A DNA stretch of 64,000 nucleotides from Ministeria vibrans ATCC 50519 (lineage: Eukaryota > Protista > Filasterea), in assembly GCA_943704425.1 (NCBI GenBank), contig CALSCP010001494.1, positions 86,848-150,847 of the forward strand, in the 5' to 3' direction. The notes beneath the pieces were generated by a model. That model did no database searches and had not been told where the DNA came from. It saw nothing but the letters and a program-made list of their open reading frames with translations. This document shows positions 48,618 to 60,090 of this stretch, piece by piece. The position numbers and the translations under genes are program-made. Positions within the stretch are counted from its first letter, which is position 1. The number at the start of each line of letters is the position of its first letter.

Positions 48618-50685
48618 TGAAACGAACGCGTTGTACTATTTCGTAGGTCGCGTGCGCGAGAACGATCCTTTAGAGCAAGCTCGTCGTGAGCTGAAGGGCA
48701 TGCAGATTGCATTAGACATTGCGCTGAAGGAAAAGCGCGAAATGGAACAGACTGGTAAGAAATCGGAGAAGAGACACTGCTGCTGATGCTGCTGCTTTTT
48801 GCCCCCGCCAGTCGACCATATGCGCAAGCAGGAGGCTCAACGACGCACCGCAGCTGAGGCGGAGGCAGTGCTGGCTGCGACAGTGTCAGAGAAGGCGTCG
48901 GACGCCATTGGGGACATTGATTGTCTGTCGCGCACCTCAACCCAACCACGCTTTCTCGTTGTGTGGCGCGCGGCTGTCTTTGAGGATTCGTGGATCTTCC
49001 ACATGTTCAAGGGCGTCTGTTTTGACCTCATGCATGACCAACTGCCCACAACCTTCCACAAACATGTCATTCTCGTGGCAAACAAACGCGACGACGTAAG
49101 CGTGCGCTGTTGTCTTATTGGGAGTGTGTGTCTGTGTTCTCATTTGCGTGTGTATCGGTTTTAGGTGAGTTCCTGGTTAGATCACGTTGCGAGCCACAAC
49201 TGGACATACAATGAGATTGACGAAGAGACGCAAACGTACAAATCCACAATGGATTTCTTTCACTTGAGCGGTATAAACGGAAGTGCAAAACAAGGGAGAC
49301 GAAGCGAGTGAATTTTCTCTGTTAGATGAGCTGTTTAATGTGGTGTTCTTTGGAAAGTTCTACGCAAAAGGATTGTTTCGGAGCATTTTCCGGAACTACT
49401 GGAGCGACCATAAGTACGGACCACCGTACACCAACGCAGAGCACGTCAAGTGGCTGCCCCTCGGTACGCATGATGAGCATGTGTGTGTGAGTTCTCGTGA
49501 TGTGTCTGTGTGTGTTTGCGACAACGCTAATCATTGCTCGAACCTCATTGTTCCTAATGTGACAAGTGGACACTGACAAGTCTTACCTTAGGATGGACTC
49601 CTGGCTACGGGCCCATCTCCTCTTCTCTCATCACACCTGCTTCCACTCGCCGTTACAACATCACCTTTCTTGGCCAAGAAATCGTTTCTGAGGTACACAA
49701 ACACACATTTATATAAGCACCCGCATAATATTCACCCCCCCCCCAATTCCCGTTCAAGTTGAATATATGAATGTATTATTATTATGTTTTTATTATTGAT
49801 GTAATTAATTAAATGTTATTGTTTCTTTTTTGTTTTGTCCGTAAAGGAACGTAAAAAGTATCTTCCTAAATGGAAAGAAGACGCTCGATTGGATTTTCAC
49901 TCGGAAATCAGCAAAGGATTTATGAAAGTACGGGGAAAAACGAAGGAGAGGAGAGAACTTCTATACTGATTTGATTGTGCGTGTGGTTTGTAAAGGGACT
50001 GAATGTGCCAGACTATCGGGCGTTTATGCTGAACTCAATCATTGTACCGAATCTGAAGGGAGTCAATGACGATTGCTATCGGTAGACACATAGAGAGAGA
50101 GAACAAAGTATTGACAGAGACAGAGAAACAAAGTGATAGAGACGGAGAGACACAGTGTGTGTGTGTGTGTGTGTGTGCCTTTGTGGTGTGTATGTGTGTT
50201 ATTGGGTTGCTCCTTTGCCATCTCTCTCTATCTCTTGGTGTCTTACGTGCGGGATTGTATGTAGTCTGTGGGAGGCACTTGAGGCTGGATGCATTCCAGT
50301 AGTGAAGCGCAGTGAGAAATTCCACTGGATTGGTGTGTCGCGCCAAGGTCAGAGCAGCGACGAGACAGCGCCCTTTCCGCTTGTCGACTCATTCGATGAG
50401 GTACGCACCACACAACACAGCCCCATTCATCAAGGCTCATTCATACTATACTCATAAACTTTGACAAGTGCAAACCCAATGCCCAAGAGTTACCCTTCCT
50501 CATCTCTCCCAATTCTCCCCCTCTCTGGCTCTGTGTAGTTTGAGGACGTTGCGCTGTCGCTTTTGTCGGACCCAGTGCGCCTCGATGCCGTCCAGGCTTC
50601 CTCGTACGCCTGGTGGTCCCATTTCAAGCGCTCTGAGCAACGCGCGCTTAGAACCATTCTCCTCAGCAAAATCAGGAGAGGATAA
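48438..50685 (+). CDS. Type II membrane glycosyltransferase, RXYLT1/TMEM5-like (exostosin/GT47-related)
   Basis: N-terminal TM plus coiled coil; FRNYW, WLPLG, GVNDDCYR|LWEALEAGCIPVV, APFP, WWSHFK motifs. Confidence 0.7.
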
Positions 50686-50758
50686 CATTATTATTAGAAA
50701 TGAACGTTTATGTACAATTTCATAAAGATGAATAAACACAAGAAGAAAAAAACACAGA

Positions 50759-51425
50759 TCACTCTTTGTCTTTGTTTTTGCGAGTAATGAGTGGACGGAG
50801 AAGACCGTGTTGGCGCTTGTGATGAAGCACTACAAAGGGTCCCTGAGTAAACGAGAAAGAGAGAGAGAGAGAGGAGGGAGAAAGAAATGAAGAGAAAGAT
50901 GAGTGGCGCGAAGGCTACAAGGAGCGTGGTTTGTCGTGTGTTGATATTACTGTGACAATGAAGTGGAAGTGAGAAGCAAGCTGGGCTTGAATGTGGGTAA
51001 AAAAGACGTCAGCGGAAGCACGGAGGACAGCGGGGTCGGAAAGCGGAGCATCGGGGGTCTTGCTCTTGCGGTCGCCCTTGGAGTGGTTGCTCTTTGTGTG
51101 CGCTGTCGTCGTTGTGGCGGGGGCTGCTTTGGTGCCGCGCGCGAGCACCTCGAGGCCTACCTGCGTGTATGCGTCTGGATGAAGAACACAATCAACGGTG
51201 AGACAGCGAGCGCCTTTTGCGTCTGTGTCGTCGCGCACGGGGCTCCATGCGCAGGTAGGTGGGTCAAGGTCCGCTGAGGGGGTCATGAGCAGGGACTGTG
51301 CCGGAGTTGTCGGCATGTCTTGGCAGTGTGTTATGTTGACAAAGAGCTTCTGAGGCGCCGAAGGCTCGGACGCGTGTCCATGTTCCATGATAGAAATCAT
51401 TCTATGGCGAACATTAACACAGATG

Positions 51426-51458
<33 letters not shown>

Positions 51459-52068
51459 ATTCGCTTACACTTTGACACACACTCCAGCCTTTGGTGTCAG
51501 AAACAGATCCACTTCGGCGCCTCGTTCTCGCTCAACGCGACGCACATACTCTTGATACTCTTTGGTTTGACTTGCATCTTGCGACTGCAACGAGAGAAAC
51601 GAAGTTGTGTGTGAGAGACAAAGTGTGAACGGAATGCATTTGTCGATGTGTCGCCAAGAAGAGCGACAGAGACAAAAGAACGCGGTTCCGTGGCACGAGA
51701 GTCGCGGGAAGAGATGAGGTTCAGACGGAGTACACGCGTGACGGGGAGCGCAGTGCGACGAGAGGGTGGTGAGGGGGACGGTCACCGTAACAACGGTCAC
51801 CGTAACAACGGTCACCGTAACAACAACGCAGACAAACGCGAAGCACAGGAGAGATCAAAAGACGTATGTCTACCTGCTTGGCGTATTCCTGCAGCAATTC
51901 GCAGAAGTCGGTGTTTGACATGGCCTCGGTGAGGCGCTGCACCTCAGACTGGGTTAACGCCTCGCGAAGAATGTCGGCACTGGGCTCGTTTGGTCGACCA
52001 CCGCCGTGGTGCTCGGCGATCGAGAGGAGCCACTGTTCGTCGGGATGAATAGAGGATGACCCAGCCAT
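50759..52068 (-). CDS. DNAAF2: Short kintoun/DNAAF2-like PIH1-domain protein
   Basis: LTQSEVQRLTEAMSNTDFCELLQEYAKQ|..YVRRVERERGAEVDLFLTPKAGVCVK|..KLFVNI..VDCVLHPDA matches the KTU N-terminus; stop at 50915 if unspliced or 50759 if spliced. Confidence 0.7.
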
Positions 52069-52374
52069 CGGAGTGCGGGACAGGAAACGAAGTGACTAAA
52101 TACTGAATATTTATTGTAACAATAAATATACGTGGTAGCTTTGAGAAGAGTCCACCAATCACACGAGGGAGCGGAGAAAGGTTGACCGATGGAAGAGACA
52201 AGTGATGCACAAGCGAGTGATGCGATACATATCAATATGGGACCGACGGCTCAACCTCATACGCATTGCTCAACTAAAGGTGTAAAGATGACCTATATCA
52301 ACGGCGTGTACTGAATCAATGAAATAACGATGCGCATTACAGAAGAAAATAAAAATAAACACCAAAAAAAAGTG

Positions 52375-53534
52375 TCAATGAGAGACGGGTGAAGAAGACG
52401 AGCCCATTTGAGTACGGGCAAACTCGATGCGAAGACCACCGGAGGGAGAGTGATGAAGGGGAGGGGTGGAGGAGGATGGGACTGAAGAGAGGTCAAGGGT
52501 GGAGTTGGAGGGGGACGGGAGGTGGTGGCCCTGAAGACGAGCAAGGGCCGCCTGGGCCTGCGGAATGTCTGTGAATTCGGCAAAGCAAAGAGGTTGTCCA
52601 GCCTTCTTGTACATGCGCAGACGACGGTACCCTGAGCAACTGTAGAGAGGGGGAAAGAAAAGAAAGATCGACAAGTGTTACAAAGACGGTAAGGAACATA
52701 ACGCGGGGAAAAACAAGAAGGCATGAGAATGCAAATGGGCACAAACCTGCTAAAGAGCGCTTTCAGGTGTGTATCCGAGACGTCGGAGGGGAGGTTGGCA
52801 ACAAAGAGGGTGGAACAAGGGCGAGAGGAGGAGGAAGAGGTGGAGGAGGATGTGGCATCAGCTGGCTCAACCACGACGGGTGTGTCAATGTTCGCAATCG
52901 CAGTTGGAGTGGCAGCTGCGGGAGGCGTGAAAGAAGAAGGAGTAGCGGTAGAAGTGGCGAATGGTTGGGAAATGACCGTGTCTGAATTGGGAAGTTGCTT
53001 TTGTGGCTGTGGTTGTGGCTGTGGTTGTGACTGTGGCGATGAAGAAGAGAGGAAAGAGGGTGTAAGGATGTGTGTGGGTTGTTGTTGGTATTGCTGCGAT
53101 GACTGTGCCGGCTGTAGGCCAAAGTGCGGCGCAGAGAAAGCACCGTTGAAGGAAGAATCGCCAAAAAGAGCAAATGAGTGGCTCTTGCGCGTAGGAGGTG
53201 GAGAGCTGGCGTTTCGTTGGGCGGCGGGAGCAGAGAAACGATGGCCAGCATCCTGACGGTGGTGATTGGTGTGCGACTCGGGAGGACCGGACTGCGGCGC
53301 ATGTTGGGCGAGCGATGAGTCGGAGGCCCAGTGGTTGGGAGAGGTGGATGTCGGGGGAGGGGTTACGGTGGTGTTGGTGGGCGAAGTGATGACGTGGGGA
53401 GCGTAGAGCGAGGAGGTAGCACCATGGCTGAGATCGGAGACGTGAACGTTGAGGGAGTGGTGCTGTTGTTGCTGTGTGGCGGGAGGTTGCACATGGTAGG
53501 GTGGGAGCTGGTGTTGTTGTTGTTGTTGTTGCTG

Positions 53535-53580
<46 letters not shown>

Positions 53581-53598
53581 GCTGGTGGTGGCGGCTGG

Positions 53599-53671
<73 letters not shown>

Positions 53672-55120
53672 GGTGGTGGTGTTGTTGTTGTTGTTGTTGG
53701 TGCTGTTGTTGGTGTTGTTGCTGCTGCTGTTGTTGGTGCTGTTGGTGTTGTGGTGAAGCAGGAGGCGGGTGCTGCTGTTGAGGTTCAGGATGTGCTTGAA
53801 GTTGTGGTTGCAAGTGGTGCTGGTACTGAAGGTGAGTGGGTTGCTGTTGTGGTTGTGTCGGGGGATAAACCGGTGGCTGCTGTTGCTGCGACTGTTGTTG
53901 TAGTTGATGTGATGGATGTGGCTGCTCAACGTGAGTAGCCATGGGCGCTGTTTGAGGGTGCTTCGCTGATGGCAACGCTGCGGTAGAGGGTGGGCCGGTA
54001 GCGAGCGAAAGCGCCTCCACATCAGTCAGAAGTGTCGAGGGAAAGAGCGCGAGGGAGACGGGAAGCGAGCCGGAACGATGGGGTGCTGCTGTCTCGTTGA
54101 AAGGTTGTGCGAGGGATCCTGTTGAGGCATTGACGCGCAATTTACGGGAATCTTCGCCAGGTCGTTTCGTCTTGGTGTTGGCACGCGCAAACTCGAGACG
54201 TAAGAAAAAGGGTACTTCAGGATCAAAGCGAATACCCTAAACGCAACCAGACGCACAAAGCACAAAAAAAAAAACAAAACTTAGCTAAACGAAGATGTCC
54301 TGGAACCACGCGAGTCGCCTTAACGGTACCTGGAGGTCTTGTTTCGCTATTTCAGCCGCATGACGATCTCGGAACGTCGCAAAAGCAACCGGCTACGACA
54401 AGTGAAGAGTGTCAAAATCACAATGATAATCATAAACAAACGTTCGTTTTTAAAAAAAAAAAAAAAAAACCTCCGCACAAGTAAGTGGGAGAATCAAAAC
54501 GAAGAATCGGGGAGATGAGTGGCTGGATGGAGGTCGATGGAAGCGCCAGGAGTGCAGAGGGCGCTGAGCGACGGCGTTGTCGGAATGTTGGTATTTTGCG
54601 ACAGAAAGGGCCTTCGGGCGAAGCGCAGGCAGGAGGGCCAGACCCAGCGCCCAAAGGCGAGAGAGAGGGGGGAGGGGGGTTCAAATGGAGCTTGGTTCAG
54701 TTTTGGCGCGAGAGGTGGACGGGAAAACGAGCAGAGTGGACGGAAGGGAAAATGCGAGGCGGTGACGGAACGTGTTAGAACGAGGCTGTTTGGACAGAAG
54801 GGAGCAAATGGCAACCAAACGCGCTGGAAGAGATAACTCGGTGTCGTGCAAGGCGAGTAGGACGCGTCGCCGAGGCGCAAGTGTCGCGCGGACGACATAC
54901 CAGTTTCGATGTGACGCGAAGAAGGCAATCCTCGTAGCCCGGGTACGTCCGAAAGAGCAGGTACAGTTCACGAGGCTTCACGTCCGCCGGCAGGCCCGAA
55001 ACAAAGAGGGTGCGGACCTAGGGGAACGCAGAAAACACCGCAAGAGTATTATTATCTGCCTCTCGCGCTCTCCGCCCTTCAACGCGCCCTGTCACTCACC
55101 TCGTCCATGTCGTCATCCAT
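52375..55120 (-). CDS. Two-RRM RNA-binding protein (RBPMS/couch potato/MEC-8/Whi3-like) with a polyQ/H linker
   Basis: E|[32 protein letters not shown]|[15 protein letters not shown]; C-terminal [30 protein letters not shown]. Confidence 0.88.
53460..53905 (-). repeat. Coding CAA/CAG/CAC trinucleotide repeats (polyQ/polyH)
   Basis: Seen directly within the 52293..54140 ORF. Confidence 0.92.
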
Positions 55121-55296
55121 GATGGGTGGTCCCTACAATGTAGCAGCACCTGAGAAACAATTCGACCGGCGAGACTGTTTTTTATTGACTTTTTATAATA
55201 ATTTCGAAAACCAACGTTGAGAACAACCAAGCAAGAAGTCGCAGAACGATCAGAAATTCAAAAAGTAAAAAAATTGAAAAATCTTTCTCTTCTACG

Positions 55297-55670
55297 ATGG
55301 GCGGAACGGACTTTCCCTGGCCTATGGCGAAGCATCGAAGAGTTGCCACTGCTCTGGGTGCTCTTACTTGGTTTTGGATTATGTGGCGAATGAAACAAGA
55401 TGGCAAAACCAAACTGGTACGCCAAAACGAATGGTGGTGTGTGCCATGCTGCATGTAATGGCACTACATGGTTGTGGTGTGCTGCCCTTGCTGTGTTGCT
55501 CTTTGCGCTCCATTCTTCTTTTTTTTTTTTGACTCTTGTCCCTTTTGCTCTCTTAGGGCTTTGCACATCCTTGGGATGGGCACAAACTCCATGTATCCGA
55601 AGACTACAAGGGTCCTGAGGTGGTTCTAGGCGGAACGGAGGTGCCGTATGTCCCGAGAATGCGCGACTAG
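55297..55670 (+). CDS. NDUFB2: NADH:ubiquinone oxidoreductase subunit B2 (AGGG), 2 exons; not in the ORF track
   Basis: 55297-55416 MGGTDFPWPMAKHRRVATALGALTWFWIMWRMKQDGKTKL, intron, 55557-55670 GFAHPWDGHK..MRD*; WFW..R.K.DG..G..HPW signature. Confidence 0.85.
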
Positions 55671-55739
55671 AGCGCTCGAAAATTTGTACAAAAGAAAAAC
55701 GAAAACCTCTCCTCCGTCACACTCTTGGGACGAGCTCAC

Positions 55740-58210
55740 AAGGCAACAGTGCACGTACAATGCACTTGCAGAGACTGATCAGTGCGATGTGTCAATGGCG
55801 AACAGATCGACATGAATATTGCGTCGTTGTGTGTGCACTGTGCAGTGCCACACAAACGACTGACAAGAGATTGCCGCCAATCCCAAGGCCTCTCTGTGTT
55901 TCTGGTGGCCNNNNNNNNNNGGGGGGGGGGGGTGGGGGAGGGGGCAATGTAGAGGCCGTAGCGGCGCCCAGCGATGAAGTGAGTCATGGCGCACAGCATG
56001 CACGTCCGATGTGTTGTCATGATGGTGCTGGTGGAGAAGGGAGAGGGTGGGAGGGGGGAATCGCTAGTTGTGCTCTTGTCTCACGTAGCAGAGATGCCCG
56101 CCTCCGCCTCGCCGTTCAAAGTTAAGCAAGTGAACGCCTCTTGAGCGACCCCATGATGCGTATTGCCCCGTTTGTGCGCCTTTGAGTGCACTTCCTGGAC
56201 GGCCCATCCAGAGCGTATTTGTTCGGTTCTGTCCCAAGACGTACTTCTGTAGCATGAGCAATTACTCATTATTTTCTTCAAGTACTATTTCACTGCCGAC
56301 GCATGCACTAGGCCACAGTTTGAACTCCAGATGTTTGCATGACAACTTTTGATTAATAAAAATAACCTTGTTGAAAGGGAGAATGGTTTGCGTTTTGTTT
56401 ATATGTTGAGTGGGAAGGCAAGGATGCTGACGGTTTCCGTCCTTCACGCGTTGAGGGGCGGCGGGTCTGTAGGGTAATTGGCGAGTGCTTTCACTGCATA
56501 CTCGTGAAAGACATAAAGATCAAGACGCAGCCCTCTGGCATGACACCACCGTCGCAGATGTCAGTCGTCGGAATAGGAATCATTTTCGCACCGCTACACG
56601 CCTGAGCCCACGCAGTACCCACATCCTCATGCAAGATGCACGTTGCGCCTACTGGCTACTGCTGTACGTTGCAGCACCTAAACAATGACAGGGGGGTTGC
56701 TGGGCAACACTTCAATGTCATGTGCGGCGCAGCTGCTACGTCGTGGGTTCGCCCCACGAGACCAAGGTGCGGTACAGTCGCTTTGCAACGAGCACCACAT
56801 ACTTGACACCGCAATTAATCCACATCGCCCCTTTGCGCTGCAGTGACGCGTACGACTGCAACACGCCCACCTCGACTTACACAAGAGGTACTGTAGTTCT
56901 ACTGTAGCACACCTGTCCAAAAACTCAAACATCGAGCGCTTTGGTTTGGCAGCGCACCCCATAGCTGAGTACGCCGCGCTAAGCCTCGTTGCGTGGGAGT
57001 AGCGATGTAGAAGCCGAAGTCTGCCTCACGCTCTCCACCGTCGCCAGCAAGTTGGTCAATCAGCGCACCGAGAACGATGAACTGATTGGCTGCATCGATA
57101 TCGGCACGGCCACGACATAGACGCACGTCGACGGGAAAAGGAACTTTCCTGTGTCTCCAGTGGATACTCGTCGAAGGTGACGAGGTCGTTAGAGGGAATG
57201 AAGCTCTTGTGCCTGATTGAGTTGAGGTTGTGGTACAGCGCGATGAGTGCGCCGACCACCAGCGCAATGTTGCTATGGTGCATACGTTGCGGTTGGCGTT
57301 GTGCGCCCGCTCGACCTTGTCCGCCGCCTCGTCAAGGGTGACGAGCCGCCATCCTGCTTGCTGTAGTGTGTCGTCCAATTTGCAAATCACAACAGTGTAT
57401 GGGGGAATGGTGAGTTCTAGAGTGGTTCCCTCAATAGTAATGGCACGTCAAATCTGCAAATCGATCCCGAAACGAGGGTAATCTGCGTCGCGACACGAAG
57501 AAACAAAAGACAAATCAGAGCAGCTGTGAGGACAATTGCAATTTTCCGTGTTGGTATGTATACCATGGGCTGTGGAAACTTGAGGCACTTCGCCACCAAT
57601 TGCAGCGGACGTCATTAATGTCTCTGAAGTGGTTTTGTGTGTCTGAAAAAAAAAAGCAAAACAAAAAAGACGCTATTTCGACGGGCAAAGCGACACACAA
57701 AAGCTCAACTAACCTTGAGGGGACGTATGCTGCTCTGACTTGTACGCGTGATTGGACACGGTCGTGATGTAGTACTTGGGGTCGGCGCACTGGTGCTCTT
57801 CAGCAGAACTGTGTGCTGGAACTGTCTCATATCAAAGACGAAAAAAAAGAGAGAGTTAATACTACGTTAATCCACAAGTTCATTAGAAGACATTGAAGCA
57901 CACCGTCGTCGCAAGAAGGTGGTGGCTGTACACAAGATATGGGCACTGTGCATGTGCTTACGGGCGATGGGCATTGTTCTACGGAAGAGCTGCTGTCGAC
58001 CAATTGCGAGAGTGTTTATCAGCTTTTTCGAGACTCGACGGACTCTTCTTGTATCACCACAGTATAGTGAATGCTCCTTCAATGCCTTTTCAAATTTTGG
58101 TCTCTCATCGAATGGACATCGGATACAATGGTAAATTTTATCTCCAGTGATTTCGTCCCCAAAGAAAGACCACGCTTTTGCAGGAGTCTCTCTCCCCTAC
58201 CGTTTCCTCC
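55740..58210 (-). pseudogene. Fragmented coding-like region (frameshifts, stops); possible decayed gene(s) or transposon relic with a BED-finger-like start
   Basis: Protein-like segments switch frames; 58200-58040 reads PAKAWSFFGDEITGDKIYHCIRC..KALKEHSLYC. Confidence 0.3.
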
Positions 58211-59193
58211 TAAACTCAACGGCGTTATATATAATGAGTTATTTGAGACTCTATGAGTATTGATAAATAATTGAGTGGCTCAATGTTCATGGTGTAGTGA
58301 GGGTGTAGCGGCGCTGTGTTGTTAATTCAAGAATTGGAATTGGAATAATTAATTTTAAAAATTTAAAAATTAGGTTTATTCGTTCAATCAAACTCCAACC
58401 CCACCGCACCTTTTTGCCCTACGAACTCCCTTCGTAACCCAGTTCCTCTTTGTAAGCCGAATCGAAATTGCTTTTTTGCTCAATGCTCTTGCCGGCTTTT
58501 TTCGTTCTCCCCGGACGGATTCAACGCCGCATTGCGCATCGGTTGCCGCCAAACCGGCCCGCCCTACCCATCAGACAACACGCCCTACCCCTTCTCCACG
58601 CACAACCTACACTGCGTCTTTTTTTTTTCTTTTTCTTCGTCGCTTTTTGTTCGTCTTCGCAACGCTCATTGCGTACCCTCACGCCCTGCCGTCTCCATCA
58701 TCCCCGCCGCTCCTTCCATTCGTGCTTGCAGGGCATGTCGGTGCACGCATGAGCACTCGCTGTGTGTCTTCGGCTTTTTTTTTCTCTCTTTTTCGTTCTC
58801 GTCGTTTCGCCATTTCCCTCACGTCTACGCCCTCTGTGCTTGAGCGCCACGCCAACTTGCAGTTGCCATTGCACATGTTCACGTGGAAGTATCAGTGTGT
58901 GCGCGATGTCCGGCATATTATGTCATGATGAGTTTTTATGTTTTTTTTAAAAAAAAAAAAAAAAAAAAGAGTCGCTCTCGTGTCTCCTGTACCTTGCTCT
59001 GCTCAAGGCGCACTTCTCCCTACTGATTGAGACGTGTGGCTACCCATTGGTGCACCGATGTTCAAGTGGGAACGTTTTTTTCCCGTCTCATTCTTATTAC
59101 ATAACTTGTTTAACACTTATTATTATTATTATTGTTATTATAATAATAAATTTTTTATTATTTTCTCACTGTCGTCTCTTCTCGTCCAGCATC

Positions 59194-59949
59194 ATGGCCG
59201 CCACTGAAGCCCCTTCCGAAACCATCGCCTTTGTTGGAAACCTTCCGTTCTCGACGACGGAGGAGACGCTCCACGAGCTCTTCAGCGAGTCGGGCGATGT
59301 CTCCACTGCCAAGATTGTGAAGCAGGGCTCTCGGTCGCGTGGCTACGGCTTCGTTGAGTTCGCCAACGCGGACGCTCTCAACGCTGCCGTTGCCAAGTTC
59401 AACGAGCATGTTCTGGAGGACCGCTCCATCTCGGTGCAGCCTGCCAAGTCGCGCCCGCAGCTCGAGGGAGATGGTGTTGCTGCGCCCCGTCGCAAGCGCA
59501 CTCGCAACCGAAAGAGTGCTGGTGCCGCCGCCGCCGCCGCCGCTGCCGAGGGCGGTGAGGCCGGTCCTTCCGAGGGTGCTGCCCCGCGTGCGTCGCGCTC
59601 GCGTCGCCGCAAGCCGACCAAGGACGCCAGCGGCGAGCCGCGTCCCCCGCGCGTCGTCGTGGCGCCCGAAGACCGCGTTGACTCCAAGACGCAGGTCTTT
59701 GTCGCCAACCTGCCCTTCTCCGTCACCGACGAGGGTCTTAAGACAGAGGTGTTTGCAGGCTTTTCGATCAAGGCGGCCAAGGTGGTCGTGAAGCGCACGG
59801 GCCGCAGCAAGGGCTTTGGCTTTGTCGACTTCAACTCGGAGGAGGAGCAGAAGCGTGCCATTGAGTCGTGCAACGGCAAGGTGGTCGACGAGCGCGAGAT
59901 CCGTGTCACCGTCGCCCAGGAGCACCAGGCTATCACCCCCGCCGAGTAG
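59194..59949 (+). CDS. Single-exon two-RRM RNA-binding protein with an Arg-rich linker
   Basis: AFVGNLPF..RGYGFVEF and VFVANLPF..KGFGFVDF; strong C/G-ending codon bias. Confidence 0.92.
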   Translation: MAATEAPSETIAFVGNLPFSTTEETLHELFSESGDVSTAKIVKQGSRSRGYGFVEFANADALNAAVAKFNEHVLEDRSISVQPAKSRPQLEGDGVAAPRRKRTRNRKSAGAAAAAAAAEGGEAGPSEGAAPRASRSRRRKPTKDASGEPRPPRVVVAPEDRVDSKTQVFVANLPFSVTDEGLKTEVFAGFSIKAAKVVVKRTGRSKGFGFVDFNSEEEQKRAIESCNGKVVDEREIRVTVAQEHQAITPAE

Positions 59950-60090
59950 GCTGGCGGTGTCTCCTGTACAGAGCTGTTCCTTTTTTCTTTGCAATGTATT
60001 TGTGCAACACCCTTTTTTTTTCTTTTTTTTTTCTACAGACCGCACTACGTCGTTTTTTTTTATTCATCATTAATAATAATTATTGTTTAT

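Noticed and set aside
58925-59026. ATGATGA...CTGA C/D snoRNA candidate upstream of the 2xRRM gene
   Set aside because: Interrupted by long poly-T/poly-A, no terminal stem and no recognisable rRNA complement.
59158-60045. 295-aa and 197-aa antisense ORFs over the RRM gene
   Set aside because: Expected by-product of strong GC3 codon bias on the sense strand.
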